From contig NC_057760.1 of NCBI RefSeq assembly GCF_004010195.1, forward strand, positions 1,864,776-1,925,418: a stretch of 60,643 nt of DNA, written 5' to 3'. The notes under the pieces were generated by a model. It did not search any database. It had not been told where the DNA came from and saw nothing but the letters and a program-made list of their open reading frames with translations. This DNA is from Chiloscyllium plagiosum (taxonomy: Eukaryota). Position numbers and translations under genes: made by a program. This document shows positions 47,801 to 59,798 of this stretch, piece by piece (position 1 is the first letter of the stretch; each line of letters opens with the position of its first letter).

Positions 47801-48718
47801 CCTCTACACTGTCCCCTCCATCAAACCCTCCCAGGACGGGGACAGCACGGGGTTAGATACAGAGTAAAGCTCCCTCTACACTGTCCCCTCCATCAAACCC
47901 TCCCAGGACGGGGACAGCACGGGGTTAGATACAGAGTAAAGCTCCCTCTACACTGTCCCCTCCATCAAACCCTCCCAGGACGGGGACAGCACGGGGTTAG
48001 ATACAGAGTAAAGCTCCCTCTACACTGTCCCCTCCATCAAACCCTCCCAGGACGGGGACAGCACGGGGTTAGATACAGAGTAAAGCTCCCTCTACACTGT
48101 CCCCTCCATCAAACCCTCCCAGGACGGGGACAGCACGGGGTTAGATACAGAGTAAAGCTCCCTCTACACTGTCCCCTCCATCAAACCCTCCCAGGACGGG
48201 GACAGCACGGGGTTAGATACAGAGTAAAGCTCCCTCTACACTGTCCCCTCCATCAAACCCTCCCAGGACGGGGACAGCACGGGGTTAGATACAGAGTAAA
48301 GCTCCCTCTACACTGTCCCCTCCATCAAACCCTCCCAGGACGGGGACAGCACGGGGTTAGATACAGAGTAAAGCTCCCTCTACACTGTCCCCTCCATCAA
48401 ACCCTCCCAGGACGGGGACAGCACGGGGTTAGATACAGAGTAAAGCTCCCTCTACACTGTCCCCTCCATCAAACCCTCCCAGGACGGGGACAGCACGGGG
48501 TTACATACAGAGTAAAGCTCCCTCTACACTGTCCCCTATCAAACACTCCCAGGACGGGGACAGCACGGGGTTAGATACAGAGTAAAGCTCCCTCTACACT
48601 GTCCCCCCCATCAAACCCTCCCAGGACGGGGACAGCACGGGGTTAGATACAGTGTAAAGTTCCCTCTGCACTGTCCCCCCATCAAACCCTCCCAGGACAG
48701 GGGTAGCACGGGGTTAGA
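44893..48718 (-). repeat. 72-bp minisatellite containing ~47 identical units (45115-48503)
   Basis: The line pattern recurs every 360 nt (5 x 72) with no visible mismatch until 48504. Confidence 0.98.
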
Positions 48719-49522
48719 ATAAAGCCCTCTCTTTTAAACTGGAGGTGAAACTCCTCCAATTTTAAACAGAGTGTAAAGCTCTGTCTACACTACCCACTGC
48801 GATGCTCCTCCAAACCAAATCTTTGGCCGTTCCTCATGCCTTTCAGCACCTGTTGGTGAATTCCCCTCATGTGGGTTAGTGAAATGTTTTGGCTCCGAAT
48901 GACAGTACACACCCACATCCAGTCAGTGAAACTGAGACCAAGACACCTTCCTTAGTGGTTAGCATTAATGAACTATTTAGTCGTGGAGCCGGGGCTCCTG
49001 AATCTTTTCCTATAGCTGCAATGGCCAAGTGCACGTCGAGTCAGGAGAGAAACGGGCTCCATTGAGATGGAACCAAAGAGCTGGCTGCCTCTCATTGGGC
49101 TTTCCCTTTTGTTCGACTGGTCATCCTGCCATCGTATTGAACAAAATCAGACCCAATGGAGTCAGGGAAACTCACTCAATTGTAATCTTCAACAGCAACA
49201 AGAAATGAGAAATCCACGTTTATATTTGAGGCAGGGAGACACGGATTGGAATTAACTAATCTTTGTGGGAAGCTGCCACAGACATGATGGGTTGAATAGC
49301 CTCCTGCTTTATGATAGTATTTGAGGATTTTGTTTAAAGATTACAAGATCAAGGAGAGCTGTAACTATCACCATTGTAGTGTTGTATGGGAACCAGACTG
49401 GGTGAAACCAAGCAAACAGGCTCCCAGGAAGTTGGACACTAACCAGCTTCCTGGAAACAAACCTCAACTGAATAGCAGCGCCAAGGTGATCATCCTCATC
49501 ATTTTGGTTAATCCTTTGCTTT

Positions 49523-49692
49523 TCGGAGAAAGTGAGGGCTGCAGATGCTGGAGATCAGAGCTGAAAATGTGTTGCTGGAAACGCGCAGCAGGTCCTTCCT
49601 GAAGAAGGGCTCACGCCCGAAACGTCGATTCTCCTGCTCCTCGGATGCTGCCTGACCTGCTGCGCTTTTCCAGCAACACATTTTCAGCTCTG
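49523..49692. mobile_element. Foldback Penelope-end mini-element
   Basis: Inverted arms gatcagagctgaaaatgtgttgctgg / ccagcaacacattttcagctctgatc and a 12-bp TSD atcctttgcttt (49511-49522, 49693-49704). Confidence 0.78.
49596..49631 (+). ncRNA. Minimal hammerhead ribozyme motif
   Basis: CTGAAGA-a-GGGC-tcac-GCCC-GAAA-C-GTC: intact core, perfect helix II, palindromic ACGT mini helix III and a GUC triplet. Helix I is weak. Confidence 0.7.
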
Positions 49693-50599
49693 ATCCTTTG
49701 CTTTGCCAACTCTGCAGCTCACTTGGGCCGACCTTTCCTGCCAGTATCTGTCAGCATTGGCCACCCAAGTTCCTGTCTTGTTCCACAGACTCGAGGACCA
49801 ATTTCCACGCCAAGCCAAGGAGGGGCTGCACTAATACTGGCCTTTCAAGCAAATGAGAGTTTTAAACTCAGATCCCATCTGCCCACTCCATATAGCAGAG
49901 CTCTTTGAACCGTTCAGTGTGGCATACCTGATCGTGACAGTATTGGTAGAAATGACAATGGCACAGATCCCATCAAGGTAAAGACAATGTCTTCACACTG
50001 AAGATACCATCCATTGTGTTGAGGCGCTAACACTACGCTAAATGGGATAGATCATAACTTCCAGTAAGATAGTGGTGGAGAAGGGCTCCTGAGCCTGGAA
50101 CTTGTCCACTGTCTCTGCTGTTCTCTACGAGTGGGCCCAGTGGTATGGATTCATGGTGGTGGTGGTGGTGGAGGCAAGTTTGGGTTCCCATCTGTGTTCA
50201 GCGTGGATTCCCAGGAGCGGGTTTGGGCCCAGTACAAGATCCGGCAACATCAGTGGAGTCGTGTTTGGGTCAGTGCAGTACCCACTGGCGCCTGCATTGG
50301 CATGGGCCATCGAAGACCCATAGTGGCGAGGGTGTCAGTGGAGGTGAGGTGGTGCTGAAGAGTGGTGACCTTCCTTCTAGCAGTAACAGCGCAACAAACT
50401 GGACTTGTGCCCAGCCACCAGGCCCATGGCACATAGCTAAGCATTTAACAAGGATGGCCGTAAAGTTGAACACATTTTCTTTATTTCTTCATTCTCCACT
50501 TTAGTTTGTTTTTCTGTGTTTTAAGATGGTGCTGGCAAGTGGTGACACTATCCGTATTTTGTAACAATAAATAAATAAATCAAATCAAAAGATTTTGGG

Positions 50600-52370
50600 A
50601 AAATCAAGGAACTCAGTACTGGGCATGCATGAAGCAGTGGGGACCATCAGCAGCAACGGAACTGTATATTCCAGCACAATCTCTACCATCATGGCCCCGC
50701 ATATCCCCCACTCAATCAATACCCCAAGCCAGGGATCAACCCTGGTCCAACAGAGAGTGCAAAGGGCACACCAGGAGCAGCGTCGCAGGGATCAACCCTG
50801 GTCCAACAGAGAGTGCAAAGGGCACACCAGGAGCAGCATCGCACATTCCTAAACCTGGTGAAGCCACTAAACAGAACTACCCGCGTAGCAAACAGCACAA
50901 GTAGTAAGTGACAGACAGAGCTAAGTAATCTCATTGGAACAGATCAGATCCAAGCTCTTCAGCACCGTCACATCCAGTTATCAGTGGGGCGGGGGGAGTA
51001 GCTGAACAACTAACAAGAGTTGGATTCTCCACAGATGTCCCCATCCTCAATGATTGTGCAGCCCAGCATATCCGGGGTAAAGAATTTGCAACATTTTCAG
51101 CCTGAGTGCCAATTGGGTGATCCACCTTGCCTCCTCCAGTGGTCCCCATATTACAGATACAGCTTGTGGTTGTTGGAGGTCAGTCATCTCAGCTCCAGGA
51201 TACCATTGCAGGAGTCCCTCAGGGTTGTGTCCTCGGCAATGACCTTCCCTCCATCAGAAGGTCAGAAACGGGGATGTTTTCACTGATGATTGCATAATAT
51301 TCAGCAGCATTCACCGCTGCTCAGACACTGAAGAAGTCCATGTTCAAATGCAGCAAGATTTGAACAAAATCAGGCAAGTAACAGCCACAGGAATGTCAGG
51401 CAATGATCTTTTCCAATAACAGAGGATCTAACCATCACCTCTTGACATCCAATGGCATTACCATCACTAATCCCCCTCATATCAGTATCCTGGGGTTATC
51501 ATTGACCAGAAACTGAACTAGACCAGCCATGTTAATACAGTGGCTACAAGAGCAGGTCAGAGGTTGAGAATCCTGCAGCAAGTAACTCACCTCCTGACTC
51601 CCCAAAGCCTGTCCACCATCGACAGGGCACAAGTCAGGAGTGTGATGGAATATTCCCCACTTACCGAGATGGGTGCAGCTCCAACAACACTCAAGACGCT
51701 CAACACATCTAGGACAAAGCAGTCCACAGGACTGGTACCCAATCCACTACCTTCAACATCTTTTATATCCACTACCGGTACATAATAGCAGCAATGTGTA
51801 CCATTTACAAGTTGCACGTCAATAGAACATAGAACATAGAATAACACAGAACAGGCCCTTCGGCCCACGATGTTGTGCCGAACACTTGTCCTAGCTTAAG
51901 CACCTATCCATGTACCTATCCAATTGCTGCTTAAAGGTCACCAATGATTCTGACTCTACCACTCCCACAGGCAGCACATTCCATACTCCCACCACTCTCT
52001 GGGTAAAGAACCCACCCCTGACATCCTCCCTATACCTTCCACCCTATACCTTCAATAATGTGAACTGCTCCTTTGACAGCACCTCCCACGCCCATGATCT
52101 TTGTCACTTAGAAAGACAAGGGCAGCAAAAATATGGGAACACTTGTGTGTTCCCCTCCAAGCCACTGACCATCATGACTGGAAACTATATCGGCTGTTCT
52201 TTCAGTGTCACCTGGTCCAAATTCTGGAACTCTCTCCCTAATGTCATTGTAGATCTATCTACACCGCACAGACTCTGCGGTTTAAGAAGGCAGCTCACTC
52301 CCACCTTCTCAGGGATGGGTGATCAATGCTAGCTCAAACCAGTGACACCTAATCCTGTGTCTGAATGAAT
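50600..52370 (+). mobile_element. Internally deleted CR1/L2-type LINE, with a 57-bp tandem duplication at 50731-50845
   Basis: AGVPQGCVLG-like and FTDDCIIF-like RT remnants, and RAGQRLRILQQV...AQVRSVMEYSPL. Confidence 0.75.
51822..52053 (-). mobile_element. CR1 3' end nested in an older LINE
   Basis: Near-identical to 20141-20365, with an (atagaac)n tail. Confidence 0.92.
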
Positions 52371-52879
52371 ACAAGATAAACTGAGAGCTCGGAGTTGGGA
52401 TTTTTGCACCTTCAGGGTCTGAAAACCTGACATTGAAAACCTGCAACACTCCTTCTGAACTGCCCCAATTGTTCTGGAAGCATGCCCATTTCAACCAAGC
52501 AAGGAATTTGGCCAATTCACTTTCCATTCCCACCCATCAGTACGCATTCCAATCTGCCAGATCACTTCAATCCACTGCCCTGCTGCAGATTCCTGCTGAC
52601 CAGCTCACTTCCCATTCCAGAGGCTTCTTGTCAGAAGTGGTTCAGTGGATCACGCTCTCCGCTCTGAGTCAGGAGCTAATGCGATCTGACTAACACACCA
52701 GCAATATCGAGAGCAAACTCTGGGCGGACATTAGGGAGTGCTGCATTGTCAGGCACACCGTCCTCAAATCAAGGCAAGAAACACTCCCAGATGGCTCCAA
52801 AATAAGATCACGCCACGCTATTTCCAACAAAACCGCAAGTGCCCTGATCCCCCAACAAACATTCCCAAACCAAAAGGAG

Positions 52880-53330
52880 ATGCAGCTTTACTCAGTATCT
52901 AACCCTGTGCTGTCCCAGTCCTGGGAGAGTTTGATGGGGGGACAGTGTAGAGGAAGCTTTACTCTGTATCTAATCCTGTGCTGTCCCTGTCCCTGGGAGA
53001 GTTTGATGGGGGGACAGTGTAGAGGGAGCTTTACTCTGTATCTAACCCCATTCTGTCCCTGTCCCTGGGAGTGTTTGATGGGGGACAGTGTAGATCTAAC
53101 CCCGTGCTGTCCCTGTCCTGGGAGTGTTTGATGGGGGCACAGTGTAGAGGGAGCTTTACTGTGTATCTAACCCCGTGCTGTCCCTGTCCTGGGAGTGTTT
53201 GATGGGGGCACAGTGTAGAGGGAGCTTTACTCTGTCCTGGGAGTGTTTGTTTGGGACATTTTAGAGAGAGCTTTACTTGCAGTCTGGAAGAGGCAGCTTT
53301 AACCCTGTGCTTTAACCCTGTGCTGTAACG
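52880..53330 (+). repeat. 72-bp-family minisatellite
   Basis: Tandem units. Confidence 0.93.
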
Positions 53331-54082
53331 CTGTGCACTGACTGCTTTGGGAGTGTCTGATGCTGAGACTGGGTCCAAACAATACCTGGTGTTTATACAG
53401 CTCTTTAAAAGCAATTATATAACCAAGTTCTTCATAGGAGCAATCATCAAACACTGTTTTACGAGTCACATTAGGACAGGTGGCCAGAAACACGATCAAA
53501 CGGGGTGCTTTTAAAGGTGCATCTGAGGCAAAGAGAGGAGGAAGTATGAGAGAAAGAGAAAGAAAAGAGATAGAGACAGAAAGAAGATGAGAGTTGGAGG
53601 GATTTAAGATGCAGAGTTCAAGGTCCCGGACAGCTGGAGTCATAGCCACCTGGTCTGTAATCGAGACAGGAAGAAGAGAAAGATTTCAAAAGTAAGGGGA
53701 GGGTTTTAACAGCAAGGCACTGCCAGACGGGGAGCCAGCGTCGGCTGGAGACACAGCAGGGTGAGAGGGCACTGCATCACAGCTTTGGATCTTTTTTCAA
53801 ATTCCAGGAAGGTGCTGTACTCACAGAGCACAACGGTTGGGCTTTTTGAGAGGAACATGACATCAGTTTGGAAAGGTAGAAGACAGTAGCCAAGGACAGA
53901 ATTCTGTAGCTAACACAGAAACCAGCAAGAGGAGATGGGTGCTTCGAGCAGTTTGGTAAGAGTCGGCTTTCTCATGGACAAGGCGGACTCAGGGAGAACA
54001 TGAAGGAGGACTGATGGGGAGATGCAGTCGGGAAAATCTGGATTTGGGTAGGGGGATCTTTGGAGGGCATTTGACCCAGTCA

Positions 54083-54792
54083 GAGAGTCATGGAGTTTTT
54101 ACAGCACAGGAAGAGGCCATTCGGCCCACTGTGTCATCAAACATCCACCTCCTCTAACCCCATCTCCCAGCACCTGGCCCATAGACTTGCGTACAATGGT
54201 AAATCAAAGCACTCACGTAAAAAATTCTGACATGTCTTGAGGGTTCCCACCTCTTTTGGGCAGCGAATTCCAGATACCTAGCACCATCCAGGTGAAAACC
54301 TTTTCTTCCAATCTCTTCTAAACCTCCTGCACCTTACCTTAAATTAATTTTATACCCCTCAATCACATCCCCCTACCCCAGCCTTCTCAAATGTAAACAA
54401 CCCCAGTCTTATCTCTCTTCATAGCTGAATCACTCCAGCCCAGGTAACATCCTGGTGAATCTCCTCTGCACCCCCTCCAGTGCTGTCACATCCTGCCTAC
54501 AGTGTGGGGACCAGAACTGCACACTGTACTCCAGCTGTAGCCTGACCAATCATCGTGCTGTCCAACATCCTTCGCCCCTATATTCAGTGCCCCTAAATTA
54601 TAAAGTCAAGTATCCCATCTGCCTTCTGGAGCACCGAATCTAACTGTCCTGTTGTCTTCAAGGGTCAATGGGGCCATGCACACCAAGATCCCTCTGATAC
54701 TCTGTACTCCCTGGGGTCCTACATACAGCGTGCCTCGCCAATCCTCCCAAAATGCAGCACCTCACACTTTTCAGGATTGAATTCCATTCCAG
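54083..54792 (-). mobile_element. CR1-clade LINE 3' part, diverged
   Basis: gaccagaactgcacactgtactccag is the reverse of LEYSVQFWSP; tail near 54085-54135. Confidence 0.85.
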
Positions 54793-54856
54793 GTCAACAG
54801 ATGATCTCAAACTCAATGATGGAAAAGACCATGAGCTCTCAGCAGTTAGTGCCTAC

Positions 54857-54952
54857 CTGGACTTCCCTGGCATGGTAGGCGATGATGAGGCCCAGCAGGA
54901 TCAATGTGGACAGGCTGATAAGGCATTTCAGGGTGAGTGAATACATAGAGCC
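54857..54952 (-). CDS. KCNN3: Small-conductance Ca2+-activated K+ channel (SK/KCNN) exon encoding transmembrane segment S2; most like KCNN3
   Basis: 96-nt phase-0 exon with acceptor tgtctttcAG and donor CAG|GTAGGC. It translates as [32 protein letters not shown], the conserved SK S2 segment. IIAYH, REVQ and IDNG favour KCNN3, but the paralog is not proven. The ORF track missed this exon. Confidence 0.9.
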
Positions 54953-55249
54953 CTGAAAGACAGGCAGAAGACAACGGCATAACCAACATTTTCAGATCAG
55001 AGTGCAAGAAAGCTGCTCACTACCATCTTCACACCATTCGTGTAGACTCACCCCCATCCTGGACTCAATCAGTCCTTTTAACCCCCTAAACAAGGCTGCT
55101 GGCGCCCCAATGCCCATACATAATGCAGCTGGCACAGTTATGCCCACGTGTTTGTACAAGGCTTGGCTGGCGGCCCAGTGTCCACGCCTATACAAACCTC
55201 ATCTGGCACCTCGGTGCCCATGTGCCTGCAAATAGATTGGCTTGCACAT

Positions 55250-55366
55250 CAGTGCCTGCACGCCTGTACACTTGTTCACTTGTTCACGCCTGTACACTTG
55301 TTCACTTGTTCACTGGCACCCTTATACAAGCACAGCTCACCTGGCACCCGATTACCTGCATGTACG

Positions 55367-55397
<31 letters not shown>

Positions 55398-55970
55398 TTG
55401 GCTGGTGCACCTGTGCCCACACACACACACACACACACACGTGCTTGGCTGGTGCACCTGTGCCCACACACACACACACACACACGTGAGTGGCTGGTGC
55501 ACTTGTGCCCACATACATGCACGCACACATGCTTGGCTGGCACACCTGTGCCCATAGACATACATACACACACACACACACACACCTGACTGGCACACCA
55601 GAGCCCACATAATTACACACACACACACACTTGGCTGGCACACCAGTGCCCACACACACTTGGCTGGCACACCAGTGCCCACACACACATACTTGGCTGG
55701 CACACCAGTGCCCATAGATATACATACACACACATACCTGACTGGCACACCAGAGCCCACATAATTACACACACACACACTTGGCTGGCACACCAGTGCC
55801 CACACACACTTGGCTGGCACACCAGTGCCCACACACACATACTTGGCTGGCACACCAGTGCCCATAGATATACATACACACACACGTACCTGACTGGCAC
55901 ACCAGAGCCCACATAATTACACACACACACACACTTAGCTGGCACACCAGTGCCCACACACACATACTGG
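55250..55970. repeat. Compound (CA)n / ttggctggcacaccagtgccc repeat with a ~152-bp higher-order unit
   Basis: cctgactggcacaccagagcccacataattac recurs near 55585, 55737 and 55889. Confidence 0.92.
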
Positions 55971-57929
55971 TGTGTGTGTGTAAGAAGACAGCCATCATTC
56001 AGTACACCGTGGGAATTATTGTTCTCTTTTCTCCGAATAAGCAAAGCACTTACAGAACCAAACTTAAAAAAAAACATTTGAAAAGTGGAAGCAAGGCAAT
56101 AAGTCCCTTGAGGACTGGGCTGTGACAGTAACTCTGATGGTTGATAAGTGGCATTCAAAAATATCTTTTGTTTATAAAGGAAATCCCTGTTAAAAGATGC
56201 AGACAAACTTAGAGTGAAGCCTTGGAAGTTACTGATCTACCTCACTCAGCAATACCACTTGCGATAAACACAGGTTGCATTCAGTTAATGTTCCTGTTGC
56301 CCTGGGGAGGTACAGAGAGTCATTCAAACTGACTCCAGCACTTCAGGATTCCCTTTCTCACTGTTTGCCTCTGCTCAATCCCTTCAGTGGCCTGGCTCCA
56401 TCAGATCGCTAGCTGTTTCCTCTCCTTCTGATGTTCTGCTGGGTGTATCAGTCTGGTTGACAAGGTCTTTCCAAGGCCTCCTGGCTACACTGTCACACAC
56501 AGTTCAACATACTGACTGGGCTTCCAACAACACCATGCCAGTCTTTCTGGAGCCCCAGCCTTGGAGGTGACCAGCCAATTCCAGCCTGAGGGGGCTCCCG
56601 GGGAGAGTTCATTCCCTACTGCTGGGTGCCAAGTCCCCCCAGCTGGGAATGTGCAGAGCCACCCCTGGTGCCACAGCCCGGACAGAGCCAGCACAATCCC
56701 ACTACACCGTGGACGGTGTCAGGTTGCACGCCAGTGATGTGAGTTTGGTCGGTCGTGCCACTGATGGAGGCCATTCAGGCAATGGTGTCTGTGCTGTTCC
56801 CCTGCCCCAACTCCCACCACAGGAGCAGTTCACCCCATGCCACACCTCTGCCCTTTCTCCACCCATTTTTCCTTTCCAGCTAAATTCCTAATTGCCTCCA
56901 TCACAATCTTAGTCAGCACTGGCCAAATCCCAACTCCTCACTGCATGAGAAGGACTGCCCCTCCTTCGTTGTGAGTTACCTTAATTACCTTTCTAACAAC
57001 AAGTACATTTCTTTTTCCCTCCTTATGTACTCTTGAGATTTCCAACGCCTCGATCAAATCTCCTCTCACTCTGTCTTCTTCAGGGAAAGCAGGACCAGTC
57101 TTTTCTGCGCACACTCTCGAACGTAAACTTTAGAGAGATGGGGAGATTTTGGTGCCTCACTCCCTTTCAAACGCTCCTCAGATATCCCGGCTCATACCCT
57201 CCTGGGCACATTTCATTAGCTCCCCATGTGCAGAGATTTCTAAAACAGCACACCACGTGATTACCGGGATACTGTCAATCAGAAACAGAAATTGCTGGGA
57301 AAGCTCAGCAGGTCTGGCAGCATCGGATTTTGGGGATGCAGCTCATGGGAGACTCAATCCTCCTGAGGCTCCGAGATACTCCATTTCTCCCTCTGAGTGA
57401 CTTATCAAGAGGTTTGGAATATATATGTTTCAGAAGGAATCCCACTTTCTCCATCCTTCCTATTCTTGTTCTTCTACAGTGGAGATGTCTAGTCGATTGT
57501 TTCAATGAAATGACATCGGCTGTAAAGCAATTCACCAAGTCAAGCCCTAATCCTGACCCTAATGTCTCACCCTCCTCCACAAGCTTACACACCCCCCCCC
57601 ACCCATACCAGTCTCCTCCCTGAACCACCCTAATGGTAGGTAACAGACTGACTAATCAGTGGCTCCTCTCTCAGTACAGCAGGAAGCTGATTCACACAAC
57701 ATTTCACCGACAGAACCTTTCCTGCATAAACAGTTTTTATTAAAACCTATTTCCTGCTCAACCAGTCCCCAGCGGAAGGATAATATGATAAGTTTATCCC
57801 TTCAGAATCCATTTCATATATCCGAGCAGCTAAGAGATAAGTATTGCAGTTCAAATCAAAGTTTAATCCCATCTCAAACTACTCCAATACATATCTGAAA
57901 TGCACTGGCAATCTCACAAAAACTAGGGG

Positions 57930-58560
57930 AAGGTAACACTGCTGCCTCACAGCACCAGGGACCCGGGTTCAATTCCACCTTCGGGCGACCCTCTGTGTGG
58001 AGTTTGCACACTTTCCCCGTGTCTGTGTGGGTTTCCTCCGGGTGCTCCGGTTTCCTCCCACAGTCTAAAGATGTGCAGGTCAGGTGAATTGGTCATGCTA
58101 AGTTGTCTCATAGTGCCCAGGGATGTGCAGGATAGGGCAGATTGGCCATGGGAAATTGTCCCATAGTGCCCAGGGATGTGCAGGTTAGGGTGGATTGGCC
58201 ATGGGAAATTGTCACATTGTGTCCAGGGATGTGCAGGTTAGGGTGATTTGGCCATGAGAAATTGTCCCATAGTGTCCAGGGATGTGCAGATTAGGGTGGG
58301 TTGGCCATGGGAAATTGTCCCATAGTGCCCAGGGATGTGCAGGTTAGGGTGGGTTGGCCATGGGAAATTGTCCCATAGTGCCCAGGGATGTGCAGGTTAG
58401 GGTGGATTCGCCATGCTAAGTTGTTCCATATTATCTAAGTGAATTAGCCATGGGAAGCCTAGGGTTACAGGGATAGGTTTGAATCTGGTTGGGATGCTCT
58501 TTAGAGGGTTGGTGTGAACTAGATGGGCCAAATGGCCTGCTTTCCCACTGTAGGGATCCT
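57930..58560 (+). mobile_element. HE1-type V-SINE with an internal 53-bp tandem expansion (~7 units)
   Basis: B box ggttcaattcc, V-domain, and repeats of gtgcccagggatgtgcaggttagggtggattggccatgggaaattgtcccata at 58070-58430. Confidence 0.92.
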
Positions 58561-58809
58561 ATAATACAGTTGTTCTGTTTTTGATGGGTCTGCTTGAGGG
58601 ATGAATTTTGTAACTGCTGACCCAAGGTTACCTGAGAGAGCTCCTTGTTCTTGTAGCAGTTGTGCCTGGGGACCCAACTATATCCCGTTGACTGCAATGA
58701 ATCAAACCAAATCTGCTGTCTATTTGGGTTCAGCACCTTTTTTCAGTGCCGTCCCAGCTCCAAATCTGACAGCATCAACTCTCCTCTGAGTACAGTCAAG
58801 TGCTTTCTT

Positions 58810-59036
58810 GTGTGTATGTGTGCGTTGTGTGTGAGTGTGTGAGTGTGTGAGTGTGTGAGTGCGTGAGTGCGTGAGTGCGTGAGTGCGTGAGTGCGTGAGT
58901 GCGTGGGTGAGTGTGGGTGAGTGTGGGTGAGTGTGGGTGAGTGTGGGTGAGTGTGGGTGAGTGTGGGTGAGTGTGGGTGAGTGTTTGTGTGAGTGTGGGT
59001 GAGTGTTTGTGTGAGTGTGTGTGCACGTGTGTGCGT
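58810..59036. repeat. Compound microsatellite (GAGTGTGT)n(GAGTGCGT)n(GAGTGTGGGT)n
   Basis: Directly visible. Confidence 0.95.
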
Positions 59037-59585
59037 TTGGGGTGGCGGGGGGGCGGATTTGAAAATTCCACTTGCAGGAAGACAGTTGGTATTACAGACA
59101 ACTTGAGAAGAAAGAAAAGGCATTTTGTCTGTGGTGGCCCACGAAACCATTCCAAAAACTGTCACAAACAACTGAAAACTTGCGAGGATATTTTTGCCCC
59201 TTACATAGTCCCAGACCACTGCTGAACCATTTGCTGCTAGCTCTTTACATAATCTGTTGTTTTCCCAGCAATCCATAGTACCCATATTGCCCAGATGTGC
59301 GTTGCTCTCCTGAGAGTACTGAGGCAGCTAGGCTTTGTGAAGTTGGCTGCAAATTATCCCAGTCCACTGAACCTACAAGAACTGACAAGTGCATAGATTT
59401 AATCTCCAGATCAGGAGCTCCTTTGAAGCTGAAAATATTAAAGAGAATTTCTGATCAAATTAGTCCATATGTTTACTGTAACAAAAACAAAACAAGGCAG
59501 CGCTGTACAAAAGCCAGGTCTTTGTGCTTTATCAAAATGGGATTTGTACATCAACCAATGCTCCCCTTAACCCCACCAAATAGCA

Positions 59586-59798
59586 GCTGAAAATGTGTTG
59601 CTGGAAAAGCGCAGCAGGTCAGGCAGCATCCAGGGAGCAGGAGAATCGACGTTTCGGGTATGAGCCCTTCTTCAGGAATTTCCTGTACAAGGGCTCATGC
59701 CCGATTCTCCTGCTCCTTGGATGCTGCCCGACCTGCTGCGCTTTTCCAGCAACACATTTTTCAGCTCTGACCTCCAGCATCTGCAGGCCTCACTTTCT
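59586..59798. mobile_element. Foldback Penelope-end mini-element
   Basis: Same family as 9726-9909, with a 14-bp TSD cccaccaaatagca (59572-59585, 59799-59812). Confidence 0.8.
59644..59680 (-). ncRNA. Minimal hammerhead ribozyme motif
   Basis: Reverse complement CTGAAGA-a-GGG-ctcata-CCC-GAAA-C-GTC. Confidence 0.62.

Noticed and set aside
45115..48503. CRISPR-like regular repeat array
   Set aside because: The units are contiguous with no unique spacers, the context is eukaryotic and there are no cas genes.
58743..59285. 180-aa minus-strand ORF (FVTVFGMVSW) as KCNN exon 1
   Set aside because: It lacks the conserved S1 context ([25 protein letters not shown]) and a suitable donor, and half of it is microsatellite.
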